Assembly (NCBI GenBank): GCA_016218805.1
Contig: JACRCW010000062.1
Coordinates: forward strand, 1 to 35,994
Direction: 5' to 3'
DNA length: 35,994 nt
Source of the DNA: Deltaproteobacteria bacterium
GTDB taxonomy: Bacteria > Myxococcota > JACRCW01
In this document: positions 1-9,824 of the stretch, in pieces
Layout: each line of letters starts with the position of its first letter
Numbering within the stretch: the first letter of the stretch is position 1
The notes under the pieces: model-generated
What the model saw: only the letters and a program-made list of their open reading frames with translations
What the model was told of the DNA's origin: nothing
Databases searched by the model: none
Position numbers and translations under genes: made by a program

Positions 1-120
1 CGCCGCCCCTGTGCAGGCACACCCCATGGTGATATGAGCGCCTGCCTTTTCCGGCGGCCCATCCCGGACCTCGGGGTGACGTCGACGGGGGCGGTCCATC
101 ACAGGTCAGGGAGTCGCAGG

Positions 121-3100
121 ATGTCCAAGCTTCACCGAGCGCTCGCGTTGTGGATGGCCATGGCGTTGGTCGGCGGCCTGTTTGTGGCTGACGCGCACGC
201 CAAGGGCGGCAAGAAGCCCGCGGCCAAGAAGGAAGAACCCAAGGCCAAGAAGGACAGCGGCGACAAGAAGGCCGCGGCCAAGAAGGATGACAAGGCCGCT
301 GGCGACGACGCCGCCAAGTCCGACGAGGGCGGCGACAAGCCGGAGAAGGAGGCCAAGAAGGAGGAGATCCGCACCACGGGTCCCGCCAAGCTGCGCCGGC
401 CCACTTCGGAAAAGGACTTTGACCGCTCTGAAAAGGCCGACGCCAAGCGCGACGACCAGATCAAGACCATCAAGGACCTGCTCCCGTCCACGACGGACGC
501 CCAGACCAAGGGCGAACTCGTGTTCCGCCTGGCGGAGCTGTACTGGGACAAGAGCCGCTTTGTGCTGGACCAGGAGTACCGCGAGTACGAAAAGGTCATT
601 GAGAAGTGGCAGCAGAACGGGTCCAAGGGCAACGAGCCCGAGGTGGACCACAAGAAGTCCGAGGTCTTCAAGAAGCAGGCCCTGGCCAACTACTCCATCA
701 TCCTGGAGAAGTACCCGGACTACCCCCGCCGTGACGAAGTCCTCTACATCATGGCCTCCAACACCTACGAGGCCGGTAAGAAGGACAAAGCCATCCAGCA
801 CTACTGGGAGCTCATCAAGCAGTACCCGACGAGCGAGTACGTGGGTGACGCGTACCTGGCCATGGGCGAGCACTACTTCAACAGCAACGACGTCACCAAG
901 GCGCAGAAGGCGTTCAAGAAGGCGCTGGAGACCAAGAAGCCCAAGGTCTATTCGTACGCGCTCTACAAGCTGGCCTGGTGTGACTACAACCTGCAGGAAT
1001 GGGACGGCGCCCTCAAGAAGTTCAAGGAGGTGGTGAACTACTCAGACAAGCAGGCGGAGAAGGCCAAGAAGGCCGGCGTCAAGGACAATGACCCCATCCA
1101 GCTCAAGAGCGAAGCGCTGCAGGACATCACGCTCACGTTCTCCCACGTGGAAGCGGTGGACACCGCATATGACTACCTCAAGGAGAAGGGCGGCAATGAG
1201 AAGGCGCGCAAGCTGACCGGGAAGCTGGCCGGCTACTACATGGACCAGGGCAAGTATGACAGCGCCATCCAGACCTTCCGGCTGCTGATCAACTACTACC
1301 CGGAGGACCCGGACTGCCCGGATTTCCAGAGTTCCATCGTCGCGGCGTTCTTCAAGATGAACAAGCGGGACGAGATCCGCACCGAGGTCAAGCGCCTGGT
1401 GGAGCTGTACCGTCCCGGCACGCCGTGGTGGAAGAAGAACGAGAAGAACAAGCGCACGGTGGAGAAAGCCCGCGAGATTGCTGAGGAGCGCATGCGCGAG
1501 CTGGTGGTGGACACGCACGCCATCTACACCAAGCTCAAGAAGCAGGATGACGCCGAGCTGGCCCGGGACATGTACTCGGACTACCTCAAGGTGTTCCCGG
1601 ATTCCGAGCACGCCTACCGGCTGCGCTTCTTCTACGCGGAAATCCTGTGGGACCTGGGCGCCTGGCCCGAAGCCGCCACGCAGTACGACGTCACCGTCGA
1701 GAACGACGCCAAGAACAAGTACAAGGGCGACTACACGCGCCAGGCCGCGTACAACGCCATCCTGGCGTACGAGAAGATTGCCAAGGGCGAGAAGGGTGAG
1801 TTCAAGGCAGCCGGTGGCAAGGGCGCCAAGGGCAAGAAGGAAGACGTCAAGCGCAAGGAAGGTGAGGTCAGCTTCGGCACCGTCAAGCGCATCGACAAGA
1901 CCAAGAAGACCATTGACAAGGAAGAAATCCCGGAGAACGAGATCAAGCTGGCCGCCGCGTGTGACAAGTACGTCGTCGTGGTTCCTGTCACGGAGAAGAC
2001 CAGCAAGGAGCTCACTGACGAGCTGGTGCTGGTGAAGTTCAAGGCCGGCGCCATCTACCAGAACCGGTTCCACTTTGAGGAAGCGGCGGGGCGCTTTGAG
2101 GAGCTGATTGACCGCTGGCCCACGCACGAGTTTGCGCGCAAGGGCGCGGACCTCATCCTGGATTCCTGGGATTTCCGCGAGAACTGGACCGAGCTCAACC
2201 GCGTGGGACGGAAGTTCCAGAAGAACAAGACGCTGATGGCGGAGAAGGACTTCAGCGCGCGCGTGGACAAGTTTGTGGAGGGCTCCAGCTTCAAGGAGAT
2301 CCTGGTGCTCTACGACAAGGCCAAGAAGCTGGAGGACGAGCACAAGACCGAGGAGTCCACGCCGATGTTTGCGGACATTGCCACGCGGTTCATGGGCTTC
2401 CAGAAGGAGTTCCCCACGAGCCAGTTTGCGGACAAGGCCGTGTTCAACTCCGTGGTCATCTACGACAAGGCGGACAAGCTGGACCTGGCGGTGGACGCCG
2501 GCGAGCTGCTGCTCAAGCAGTACGAGAAGAGCGAGCAGGTCAAGCCCACCGTGTATCTCATTGCCCAGTTCCACGAGCGCATGGCGGAGTTCAAGAGCGC
2601 CGCCGAGTACTACGAGCGCTACGTCCAGAAGTACCCGAAGGAGAAGGAGGCGCCTGACGCGCTGTACAACGCGGCGCTGTTCCACCAGGGCATGGGCGAG
2701 CGCAAGAAGGCCGTGGAGCTGTACGGAAAGTACATCAAGGACTTCAAGGACCAGTCTGACGTGGCGGACGTGTACTGGAAGATCGCCCGCATCTACGAGG
2801 ACGACGGCGACCTCAAGCGCGCGGGCACGCTCTACAGCGAGTTTGAGAAGAACTATCCCAAGGCGCCCATCAACCGCATCATTGAGAGCCGCTACAACTT
2901 CATGCTGTCCCTGATGGCGGAGGGCAAGAAGCGCGAGGGCGACGTCAAGTCCCAGTGCGACGACATGCTCAAGCGCATCAGCAAGATGAAGGACGAGGTC
3001 AAGAAGGACAGCGTCATCCAGAAGGCCAACGCGCACTGTTCGTTCATGGCGCTGGAGCCGCGCTTCAACGAGTACATGGACATCAAGCTGGTCCTCCCCA

Positions 3101-3537
3101 TGGAGAAGCTGAAGAAGAACCTGGAGGCCAAGGCCACCAAGCTGGAGCAGCTCAAGAACGACTACACCGCCGTGCTGGCCATTGGTGACGGCGCCTGGGG
3201 CGTGGCCGCGCTGTACCGCGTGGCCGTGGTGCACCACGAGTTTGCCAAAGCGCTCAAGGAGAGCCCGGACCCGCCCAAGCTGAACATTGACCAGCTGGAG
3301 ATGTACCGCTCCGAGCTGGAGAGCCAGATCTTCCCCGTGGACGAGAAAGCCATTGCGGCGCTGGAGGCCGCGCTGGCCAAGGCGTTTGAACTGGGCATCT
3401 ACACGGAGTGGACGGCCAAGTGCCAAGACCTGCTCAAGGAATACAAGCCCAACGAGTTCCCGGCGGTGCACAACCTGCCGTTCTATTACTCGGACTTCTT
3501 CGCCGCGGTTCCCAAGGCGGACAAGGGAGGCAAGTGA
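121..3537 (+). CDS. gltD: Large periplasmic TPR protein, adventurous gliding motility protein GltD (AgmU)
   Basis: ATG at 121 gives a signal peptide (LALWMAMALVGGLFVADAHA). A Lys-rich linker is followed by two TPR clusters (e.g. YALYKLAWCDYN, APDALYNAALF). It is the first gene of the TPR / TPR-lipoprotein / small protein / FHA-TonB_C order of the Myxococcus G1 cluster. Confidence 0.88.
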   Translation: MSKLHRALALWMAMALVGGLFVADAHAKGGKKPAAKKEEPKAKKDSGDKKAAAKKDDKAAGDDAAKSDEGGDKPEKEAKKEEIRTTGPAKLRRPTSEKDFDRSEKADAKRDDQIKTIKDLLPSTTDAQTKGELVFRLAELYWDKSRFVLDQEYREYEKVIEKWQQNGSKGNEPEVDHKKSEVFKKQALANYSIILEKYPDYPRRDEVLYIMASNTYEAGKKDKAIQHYWELIKQYPTSEYVGDAYLAMGEHYFNSNDVTKAQKAFKKALETKKPKVYSYALYKLAWCDYNLQEWDGALKKFKEVVNYSDKQAEKAKKAGVKDNDPIQLKSEALQDITLTFSHVEAVDTAYDYLKEKGGNEKARKLTGKLAGYYMDQGKYDSAIQTFRLLINYYPEDPDCPDFQSSIVAAFFKMNKRDEIRTEVKRLVELYRPGTPWWKKNEKNKRTVEKAREIAEERMRELVVDTHAIYTKLKKQDDAELARDMYSDYLKVFPDSEHAYRLRFFYAEILWDLGAWPEAATQYDVTVENDAKNKYKGDYTRQAAYNAILAYEKIAKGEKGEFKAAGGKGAKGKKEDVKRKEGEVSFGTVKRIDKTKKTIDKEEIPENEIKLAAACDKYVVVVPVTEKTSKELTDELVLVKFKAGAIYQNRFHFEEAAGRFEELIDRWPTHEFARKGADLILDSWDFRENWTELNRVGRKFQKNKTLMAEKDFSARVDKFVEGSSFKEILVLYDKAKKLEDEHKTEESTPMFADIATRFMGFQKEFPTSQFADKAVFNSVVIYDKADKLDLAVDAGELLLKQYEKSEQVKPTVYLIAQFHERMAEFKSAAEYYERYVQKYPKEKEAPDALYNAALFHQGMGERKKAVELYGKYIKDFKDQSDVADVYWKIARIYEDDGDLKRAGTLYSEFEKNYPKAPINRIIESRYNFMLSLMAEGKKREGDVKSQCDDMLKRISKMKDEVKKDSVIQKANAHCSFMALEPRFNEYMDIKLVLPMEKLKKNLEAKATKLEQLKNDYTAVLAIGDGAWGVAALYRVAVVHHEFAKALKESPDPPKLNIDQLEMYRSELESQIFPVDEKAIAALEAALAKAFELGIYTEWTAKCQDLLKEYKPNEFPAVHNLPFYYSDFFAAVPKADKGGK

Positions 3538-5051
3538 TGCGCGGCGTGATGAGCGGCGTGATGAGAGGTTTGGGAGTGCTGGGCTGCGCGGGCCTGCTGG
3601 CGTGCGGCGGCGGCGGCGCGGAGCAGCGCCCCGACGAGAAGACCACCCAGGGCACGGGTGGGAAAAAGGAACTGACGCCCGAGCAGTGCGATGCACTCCG
3701 CCAGCAGGGCAAGCCCGTCCCGGCCTCCTGCCCGGAGGTGGTGCGCGAGCTGACCGCCAAGGAACTGGTCACCGAGGGCGACACGTTGGCGCAGAAGGGC
3801 GACTACACGCGCGCCCGCGAAAAGTACGAGGAGGCACTGCGCAAGGAACCGGACAACGTGGGCGCGGAGCTGCAGCTGGCCATTGCGTCCCACAAGCTGG
3901 GTGACCTGGACGCCGCGGAGAAGAGCTTCCGCATTGTCCTGGAGAAGCAGCCGGACAACAGCGATGTGCTGGCGGCGCTGGGCGGCATCTACAAGGACAA
4001 GGGAGAGTTCGAGCGCGGCATTGAGCTGTACAAGGGCGCACTCAAGAAGGACGAGTTCAACCCGACGCTGCTCAACAACCTCACCGTGCTGTACCGCGTG
4101 TCCAAGAAGTACCAGAAGGCTGAGGAGAGCGCGAAGAAGCTGTTGTCCCGCAATCCCAAGAACGTGGACGCGTACAAGAACCTTTCCATCATCTATTACG
4201 ACCAGAAGAAGTACGACCTGGCCGAGACGATCACCGCCAACGCGCTCAAGCTGGATCCCAAGGACGCCTCACTGTTCAACAACCGCGGCATGATCTGGGT
4301 GTCCAAGAGCCCGCCGCGCTACCCGGAAGCGCTGGTGTTCTTCAAGAAGGCGCTGGAGCTGGATGAGAACCACGTCAACGCGCGCATGAATATTGGGTCC
4401 ATTGCCCTGCACTACCGGGACTACGCCCTGGCTGAGACCATGTTCACCAAGGTCATTGAGAAGGAGCCACGCAACCAGGTGGCGCGCATGGGCCTGGCGT
4501 ACGCGCTGGCCGGCAAGCAGATGTCCAAGGAGGCGCTGGAGCAGTTGGACAAGGTGCTGGAGATTGACCCCAAGAACGGGGACGCCATGATGCACCAGGC
4601 GGAGGTCTTTGAGACGCAGCTGTCAGACTATGACAAGGCCAAGGCCGCCTGCGAGCGCTACAAGGCCACGCGCGAGAACATTGCCAAGGATGACCCGGTC
4701 CACGCGACGCTGGAGCGCCTGCAGAAGAACATTGAGATGCAGGCCAAGGCGGCCGAGCGCGCCAAGAAGGCCAAGGAGGCGGCCGAGGCGCGCAAGAAGG
4801 CGGCGGCCGAGGACGCGGCCAAGAAGGCGGAGGAGGAGAAGAAGGCGGCGGAGGAAGCCGCCAAGCAGCCCGCCCCACCCGCTGAAGGCCAGCCCGCCCC
4901 GGCGCCCGCGCCAGCCCCAACCGGAGATCCGGCCGGGGCCCCCGCCCCTGCTCCCGCGCCCGCCCCCGAAGCGGCCCCCGCCCCCGCCCCGGCCCCCGAG
5001 GGCGCCGACAAGCCCCCCGCCGACGCGGAACCCGCACCCCCGCCTCCCTGA
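3537..5051 (+). CDS. gltE: TPR lipoprotein, gliding motility protein GltE (AglT)
   Basis: ATG overlaps the gltD stop (TGATG) with GGAGG at 3526-3530. Lipobox LLAC, tandem TPR repeats, a coiled-coil and a Pro/Ala-rich tail. Synteny supports the call. Confidence 0.85.
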   Translation: MRGVMSGVMRGLGVLGCAGLLACGGGGAEQRPDEKTTQGTGGKKELTPEQCDALRQQGKPVPASCPEVVRELTAKELVTEGDTLAQKGDYTRAREKYEEALRKEPDNVGAELQLAIASHKLGDLDAAEKSFRIVLEKQPDNSDVLAALGGIYKDKGEFERGIELYKGALKKDEFNPTLLNNLTVLYRVSKKYQKAEESAKKLLSRNPKNVDAYKNLSIIYYDQKKYDLAETITANALKLDPKDASLFNNRGMIWVSKSPPRYPEALVFFKKALELDENHVNARMNIGSIALHYRDYALAETMFTKVIEKEPRNQVARMGLAYALAGKQMSKEALEQLDKVLEIDPKNGDAMMHQAEVFETQLSDYDKAKAACERYKATRENIAKDDPVHATLERLQKNIEMQAKAAERAKKAKEAAEARKKAAAEDAAKKAEEEKKAAEEAAKQPAPPAEGQPAPAPAPAPTGDPAGAPAPAPAPAPEAAPAPAPAPEGADKPPADAEPAPPPP

Positions 5052-5198
5052 GCGGGCGGTCTTCCCCATAGACAACCCGGTTGCGCAGTCGGTCATCTGA
5101 CCGATGCTTTGACGCGGCGTGCAACCCACACCGTTTTCTCGTCGTCACCGGGGCCTGCGCCGATCATGCGCAGGCCCGGGAACTCCGGGATCCCGGTG

Positions 5199-5227
5199 TT
5201 GTCTGTTGTGCTTGAACCACCTATAAG
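5199..5227 (+). promoter_or_regulatory. Candidate sigma70-type internal promoter upstream of gltF
   Basis: TTGTCT (5199-5204), 17-nt spacer, TATAAG (5222-5227), about 40 nt before the gltF start. Confidence 0.45.
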
Positions 5228-5269
5228 CCGCCGGTCCCCGGCGTCCCCGGGTGGCGGTGGAGGTTGGCA

Positions 5270-5533
5270 ATGGCGCGTGCAGTGGGTGGCTTCCTTGTGG
5301 CGGGGCTGCTGCTAGCCTGGGGCAGTCCGGTGGTGGCCCAGGAACAGGAGAGCGACAAGGTGGTGTACAAGAAGAAGACGGTGATTGATTTCTCCGACGT
5401 CACCATTGAGGGTGAACTGGTCAAGCCGGAAGGCAGCTACATTGTGAACCGCAAGAAGACCAAGTTCCGCAACCTCATCAAGATCCGCGGCCATTTCCGC
5501 CCCGAGCTGAGCCGGTCCGTGGACGCCCTCTGA
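5270..5533 (+). CDS. gltF: Adventurous gliding motility protein GltF (CglF)
   Basis: GGAGG at 5259-5263, then ATG. Signal peptide followed by the characteristic KKKTVIDFSDVTIEGELVKPEG...LIKIRxxFxPEL segment. Lies between gltE and gltG. Confidence 0.88.
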   Translation: MARAVGGFLVAGLLLAWGSPVVAQEQESDKVVYKKKTVIDFSDVTIEGELVKPEGSYIVNRKKTKFRNLIKIRGHFRPELSRSVDAL

Positions 5534-5597
5534 GGCGGACAAAGGGACCCCAGTTTTTCATCCGTCTCGGACCTCTTCCCACACTGAAGGCGCAACC

Positions 5598-7544
5598 ATG
5601 AGCAGCACGAAAGTCGTCCCCGTCAGCATCACCGTCTTCCCGCCCAAGGGAACCCAGCGGGACGTGGAGTTCCAGCAGGAATCCATCATGGTGGGCACCG
5701 GGGCCACCGCGCACCTCAAGCTGGAGGACTCCGAGGCGTCCAGCGTGCACTGCATGCTGAAGCTCAAGGGTGACAGCCTGTTTGTCATGGACCTGGGGTC
5801 CGACAACGGGACCACGGTGGGCGGCAAGGACGTGGAGGGCGAGACCAAGCTGCAGGACGGCGCCGAGCTGGCCGTGGGCAAGACGCGCTTGGTGGTGCAC
5901 TTTGGCGGGCACGTGGCGGACGCGGCCACGGTGCCCATCCGCAAGGGCAGCAAGGATGACGAGCCCGCACAGGTGGACACGCGCGCGTACGCGTCCGGGG
6001 GGGACGAGGCCACTGAGCCCGTCCGCGAGGTGACCCCGCCGCCGGCGAAGAAGGAAGCCAAGAAGGAGGCGAAGAAGGAGACCAAGAAGGCCGCCCCCGC
6101 CCCTGAGGAGAAGAAGGAGGCCGCCCCGCCGCCGCTCAAGAAGAAGGAGGCGCCCAGGCCCACGCACGCCCCCGTGGTGCAGGACGGCCTGAGCCACCTG
6201 GCGCGTGAGATGCTGGAGCGCGACCTCCCCACCGACGAGAAGCCGGAGCCCAACAACCGGATGCTGGAAGTGGTCCTGATCTGGAAGGACACCGTCATTG
6301 AAGTGCGCCACGCGGCGTTTGGCGCCGAGGTCACGCTGGGCACGCTGGGCGAGGTGACCTTCCGCATGAGCGCGGAGGGCTGGGGCAGCGGTGACAGCGC
6401 GGTGCTGGTCAAGGGCGACGGCAGCGTGAACATCCCGCCCGGTGGCAGCGGCGTGGTGTATTCGGGCGGCCAGTCACAGAAGCGGGACGGCAGCTTCCGC
6501 CTGGAGATGGGCGAGCGCGGCGCGGTCACCCTGGGCGACGTGACGTTCATGATGCAGTGGGTGGCCCGCAGCAAGGTCGTGTCGACGGCCGGCTGGAAGA
6601 CGGTGGACTTCTACTTCCAGAAGATCCTCATCGGGACCATTGCGGCGCACGTGCTGCTGTTCTTCATTTTCCAGCTCACCCCCATGGACCCGGATGCCAT
6701 GGCGGATGACCTGTTCAAGAACCCCAACGCGTTTGCCAAGCTCATCCTGAAGCCGGATGAGCTGATGAAGAAGAAGAAGAAGGATGACCTGGCGGGCAAG
6801 AAGGGCGGCGCCAAGCACAAGGACAAGGAAGGCAAGTTTGGGAAGAAGGAGGCCAAGCAGAAGGAGGCCGCGTCTTCCAAGAAGGGCGCCCCCGTGGTTG
6901 ACCCCAACAAACGGGAGAAGGACCGCCAGATTGCCTTCAACTCCGGCGTGCTGGGGATCCTGAAGAACAACAAGGGCGCGGTGTCCAACGTGTTTGGCCC
7001 CGGCGGCCTGGGGACAGGCATCAACAACGCACTGGGTGGCCTCAACGGCACGTCCATGGGTGACGCGGGCGGCGCTGGCGGCCTGGGCACGCGCGGTACG
7101 GGCCCGGGCGGCGGCGGCAACGCGCTGGGCATTGGCGGGCTGGGGTCCGGCACCGGCCGCGGCAGCGGCGGCCAGGGGGACATTGACCTGGGCGGGCGCG
7201 GCAAGTCCGGCACCAAGATCACGCCGGGCAAGACCATTGTGGAGGGCGGTCTATCCAAGGAGGAGATCGGCCGGGTGATCCGGCGGTACCTCAGCCAGAT
7301 CAAGTACTGCTACGAGAAAGAGCTCACGCGGAACCCCAACCTGGCGGGCAAGGTGGTCACCAGCTTCACCATTGGCGGCACGGGCAAGGTCAGCGAATGC
7401 AACGTGGCGGAGACCAGCCTGAACGACGAGACGGTGGAGAACTGCGTGGTGAAGATCATCCAGCGCATCCAGTTCCCGGCGCCCAAGGGCGGCGGCATTG
7501 TGCTGGTTTCCTACCCGTTCATCTTCCAGTCCTCCGGCCAGTGA
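5598..7544 (+). CDS. gltG: Gliding motility protein GltG (PglI): FHA domain, single TM helix, Gly-rich linker, TonB_C-like C-terminus
   Basis: N-terminal FHA (SSVHC...DLGSDNGT), TM segment ILIGTIAAHVLLFFIF, Gly-rich region, and C-terminal IKYCYEKEL...FPAPKGGGIVLVSYPFIF. Confidence 0.9.
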   Translation: MSSTKVVPVSITVFPPKGTQRDVEFQQESIMVGTGATAHLKLEDSEASSVHCMLKLKGDSLFVMDLGSDNGTTVGGKDVEGETKLQDGAELAVGKTRLVVHFGGHVADAATVPIRKGSKDDEPAQVDTRAYASGGDEATEPVREVTPPPAKKEAKKEAKKETKKAAPAPEEKKEAAPPPLKKKEAPRPTHAPVVQDGLSHLAREMLERDLPTDEKPEPNNRMLEVVLIWKDTVIEVRHAAFGAEVTLGTLGEVTFRMSAEGWGSGDSAVLVKGDGSVNIPPGGSGVVYSGGQSQKRDGSFRLEMGERGAVTLGDVTFMMQWVARSKVVSTAGWKTVDFYFQKILIGTIAAHVLLFFIFQLTPMDPDAMADDLFKNPNAFAKLILKPDELMKKKKKDDLAGKKGGAKHKDKEGKFGKKEAKQKEAASSKKGAPVVDPNKREKDRQIAFNSGVLGILKNNKGAVSNVFGPGGLGTGINNALGGLNGTSMGDAGGAGGLGTRGTGPGGGGNALGIGGLGSGTGRGSGGQGDIDLGGRGKSGTKITPGKTIVEGGLSKEEIGRVIRRYLSQIKYCYEKELTRNPNLAGKVVTSFTIGGTGKVSECNVAETSLNDETVENCVVKIIQRIQFPAPKGGGIVLVSYPFIFQSSGQ

Positions 7545-7575
7545 GCTGACAAGGGACGGGGCAGGCGCAGTGGCA

Positions 7576-7610
7576 CGGCGGGCGGGGGCAACCCCGCCCG
7601 TCGCGTTTCC
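7576..7610 (+). terminator. GC-rich hairpin with GCAA tetraloop after gltG (weak terminator or mRNA stabiliser)
   Basis: CGGCGGGCGGGG-GCAA-CCCCGCCCGTCG is a 12-bp stem with one G-U pair, followed only by a short T run. Confidence 0.45.
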
Positions 7611-7715
7611 GGGCCCGGCGCTGACGCGCCCCGGCGAGCATCCCCACCAACACCCTTTGCCGCCGCACCGACCTGAGGTATGAGCCGACCGCTTTTGCCG
7701 AGGACATCCGCCGCC

Positions 7716-8678
7716 ATGCTCAAGCCCTTTGTGAACGCCGCCGTGGTGTTGTCGCTTCTTGCCCCCGTTGCGCTGCAGGCGCAGGAGGAGGGCGCCGCGG
7801 AGGAAGAGGCGCCCGCCCAGACAGGGCCGCGGCAGGCCAAGGCGGAGAAGGAGGCCCAGACGGCCGTGACGGACGTGGTGGGCTACAAGTTCCCGCGCGG
7901 CATCTACACCACGGCGGACCTGGGCGTGTTCTGGCGCTACCTGGGGTTTGCGGACACGGGCGGCAACAACCAGTGCTACCGCTGCCGGTACCCCACGTAC
8001 TTCGTCTCCAACGCGCAGCCGTTCATCGGCATCTCGGTGGGGTATGACATCCTGCCCACCATCTTTGACTTCATGCCCAACGTGAAGGTCCCGGACATCG
8101 TCAAGCGGTTTGGCATCAGCGCGCAGATGAACCTGGGAACGGGCTACGTGGCCAACGCGGCGCCGTGGTCCGCCGCGCGCTCCAACACCCTGGGCACCAA
8201 GGCGCGCCCCGAAGAGAGCCCCAAGGACCACGCCATCCTGATGGCGCACCCGTCCCTGTTGTTCAACTTTGTGCCGCCGCCGTTTGAACGCGTGGTGCTG
8301 GAGGCGCGGGTGTTTGCCGGCCTGTCAGCGTTCACGCCCAGCGTGCAGCGCATTGAGGGGCGCAAGAACCAGGGACCGCTGGCGGACCCCAACTGGTGGC
8401 TGGGGACGTTTGGCATCAACAGCGGCTTTGGGCTGTCCTTCAAGTACATGACGCTGCTGACCAACTTTGTCGTCGGCAGTGACCTGGCCATGTACCACAT
8501 CCTCAGCCCCGGCTACGGGACGGAGTTCTTCATCCCGCCCGTGGGGCGGCGCATTGATGCCACGGACTGCGCGCCGTCCTACGCGGGCGTGTGCAGCAAG
8601 AACGGCAAGACCAACCTGCTGCTGCCGGTGTCCATGGCCACGTCATTCTCCCCCATCATCATCAAGTACGTGTTCTGA
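7716..8678 (+). CDS. gltH: Outer-membrane beta-barrel protein, probable GltH (CglE)
   Basis: Signal peptide (ALQA-Q), alternating amphipathic strands, C-terminal ...IKYVF beta-signal, and position directly after gltG. Alternative start at 7680. Confidence 0.65.
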   Translation: MLKPFVNAAVVLSLLAPVALQAQEEGAAEEEAPAQTGPRQAKAEKEAQTAVTDVVGYKFPRGIYTTADLGVFWRYLGFADTGGNNQCYRCRYPTYFVSNAQPFIGISVGYDILPTIFDFMPNVKVPDIVKRFGISAQMNLGTGYVANAAPWSAARSNTLGTKARPEESPKDHAILMAHPSLLFNFVPPPFERVVLEARVFAGLSAFTPSVQRIEGRKNQGPLADPNWWLGTFGINSGFGLSFKYMTLLTNFVVGSDLAMYHILSPGYGTEFFIPPVGRRIDATDCAPSYAGVCSKNGKTNLLLPVSMATSFSPIIIKYVF

Positions 8679-8687
8679 GCCGCCGTC

Positions 8688-9359
8688 ATGGGCTGGCGTG
8701 ACACGCTGGAAGGCCTCTACAAGAACCGCGACTGGAAAGCCGCGACGGAGGCCGAGCGCAAGGCGGCGGTCACCGACGTCATCCGGGTGTCGTCGTTTGG
8801 CGCGGCCGCGGTGAGTGTGACCCCGGTCCCGCTGGCGGACGTGGTGATGGCCATGCCGCTGCAGGCCGCCATGGTGGTGGCCATTGGGTACGTGAAGGGG
8901 CGTGACATCAGCCGCACGGAGAGCTTCCGTATTGCGCGCGAGCTGTCCACCGTGGTGGGGACGCACATGCTGGCGCGGCAGGCATTTGTGGCGCTCAGCC
9001 GCATCATCTTCCCGGGCATGGCGGGCTTCCTGCTGGCGCCGTGGACGTTTGGCGTGACGTGGGCCATGGGGCGCGTGGCGGAGATGTACTTTGATGACCC
9101 GGACGCGCCGGCAGAGAAGCTCAAGGCGGCCTTCAAGGACGCGCTGGATGACGCCAAGAAGGCGTTCAGCAAGGAAGCGTTCCTGGACTTCATGAAGCGG
9201 GCGGGCAAGGAGGCGCAGGACTTTGCGCACGCGGAGAAGGACACCGGGGCCGCGTCCACCCCGCCCGCGCCGCCGCCGCCGGACAAGAGCGGACCGCCGC
9301 CCAGAGTGGTGGAGGCGGAATGGGAGGACGTGCCGCCCAAGCCGCGGGGGAGTCCCTGA
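8688..9359 (+). CDS. DUF697/YcjF-like protein
   Basis: Motif AVSVTPVPLADVVMAMPLQAAMVVAIG is typical of this family; Pro-rich tail. Confidence 0.6.
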   Translation: MGWRDTLEGLYKNRDWKAATEAERKAAVTDVIRVSSFGAAAVSVTPVPLADVVMAMPLQAAMVVAIGYVKGRDISRTESFRIARELSTVVGTHMLARQAFVALSRIIFPGMAGFLLAPWTFGVTWAMGRVAEMYFDDPDAPAEKLKAAFKDALDDAKKAFSKEAFLDFMKRAGKEAQDFAHAEKDTGAASTPPAPPPPDKSGPPPRVVEAEWEDVPPKPRGSP

Positions 9360-9361
9360 GC

Positions 9362-9787
9362 ATGGACGTCACCCGGCTGGGCTACCGCGTCATCTACGCG
9401 GACTGTGACGCCATGGGCGTGGTGTACCACGGCAACTACCTGCGCCTGGCCGAAGCCGGCCGCAACCAGTACTGCCGGGACCACGGGCTGGCCTACAAGG
9501 ACATTGAGAAGGCCGGGTTCTTCTTCCCCGTGATTGAAGCGCACGTGAAGTACCTGCGGCCGGCGCTGTTTGAGGACGAACTGGACGTGGCGGTGTGGCT
9601 GTCACGGCGGACGCGGGTGCGGCTGGAGTTTGACTTTGAGATCCGCCGGGGGCCCGAGCTGCTGGTGGCGGGCCACACGGTGCACGCGTGCATCAACAGG
9701 GAGGGGCGGCCCATACGGCTGCCCACGGGGTTTGAGGACCGCTTCCCGGTGCACGCGGCCCGCGGCCCCACGCACGCGGACGGATGA
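9362..9787 (+). CDS. YbgC/FadM-family acyl-CoA thioesterase (hot-dog fold)
   Basis: RVIYADCDAMGVVYHGNYL motif and YLRPALFED; GGAG upstream of the ATG at 9362. Confidence 0.9.
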   Translation: MDVTRLGYRVIYADCDAMGVVYHGNYLRLAEAGRNQYCRDHGLAYKDIEKAGFFFPVIEAHVKYLRPALFEDELDVAVWLSRRTRVRLEFDFEIRRGPELLVAGHTVHACINREGRPIRLPTGFEDRFPVHAARGPTHADG

Positions 9788-9824
9788 GGGTGGGCAGGCG
9801 CCGAACAGGCGCGCGGAGGCCGGC

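Noticed and set aside
1042..3696. Long antisense and alternative-frame ORFs (e.g. 884 aa here, 829 aa at 32049-34538, 612 aa at 22065-23903)
   Set aside because: They are shadows of high-GC3 coding strands with few stop codons and carry no recognisable motifs.
7974..7988. CYRCR in the GltH-like protein as a heme-binding site
   Set aside because: It lacks the His of CxxCH.
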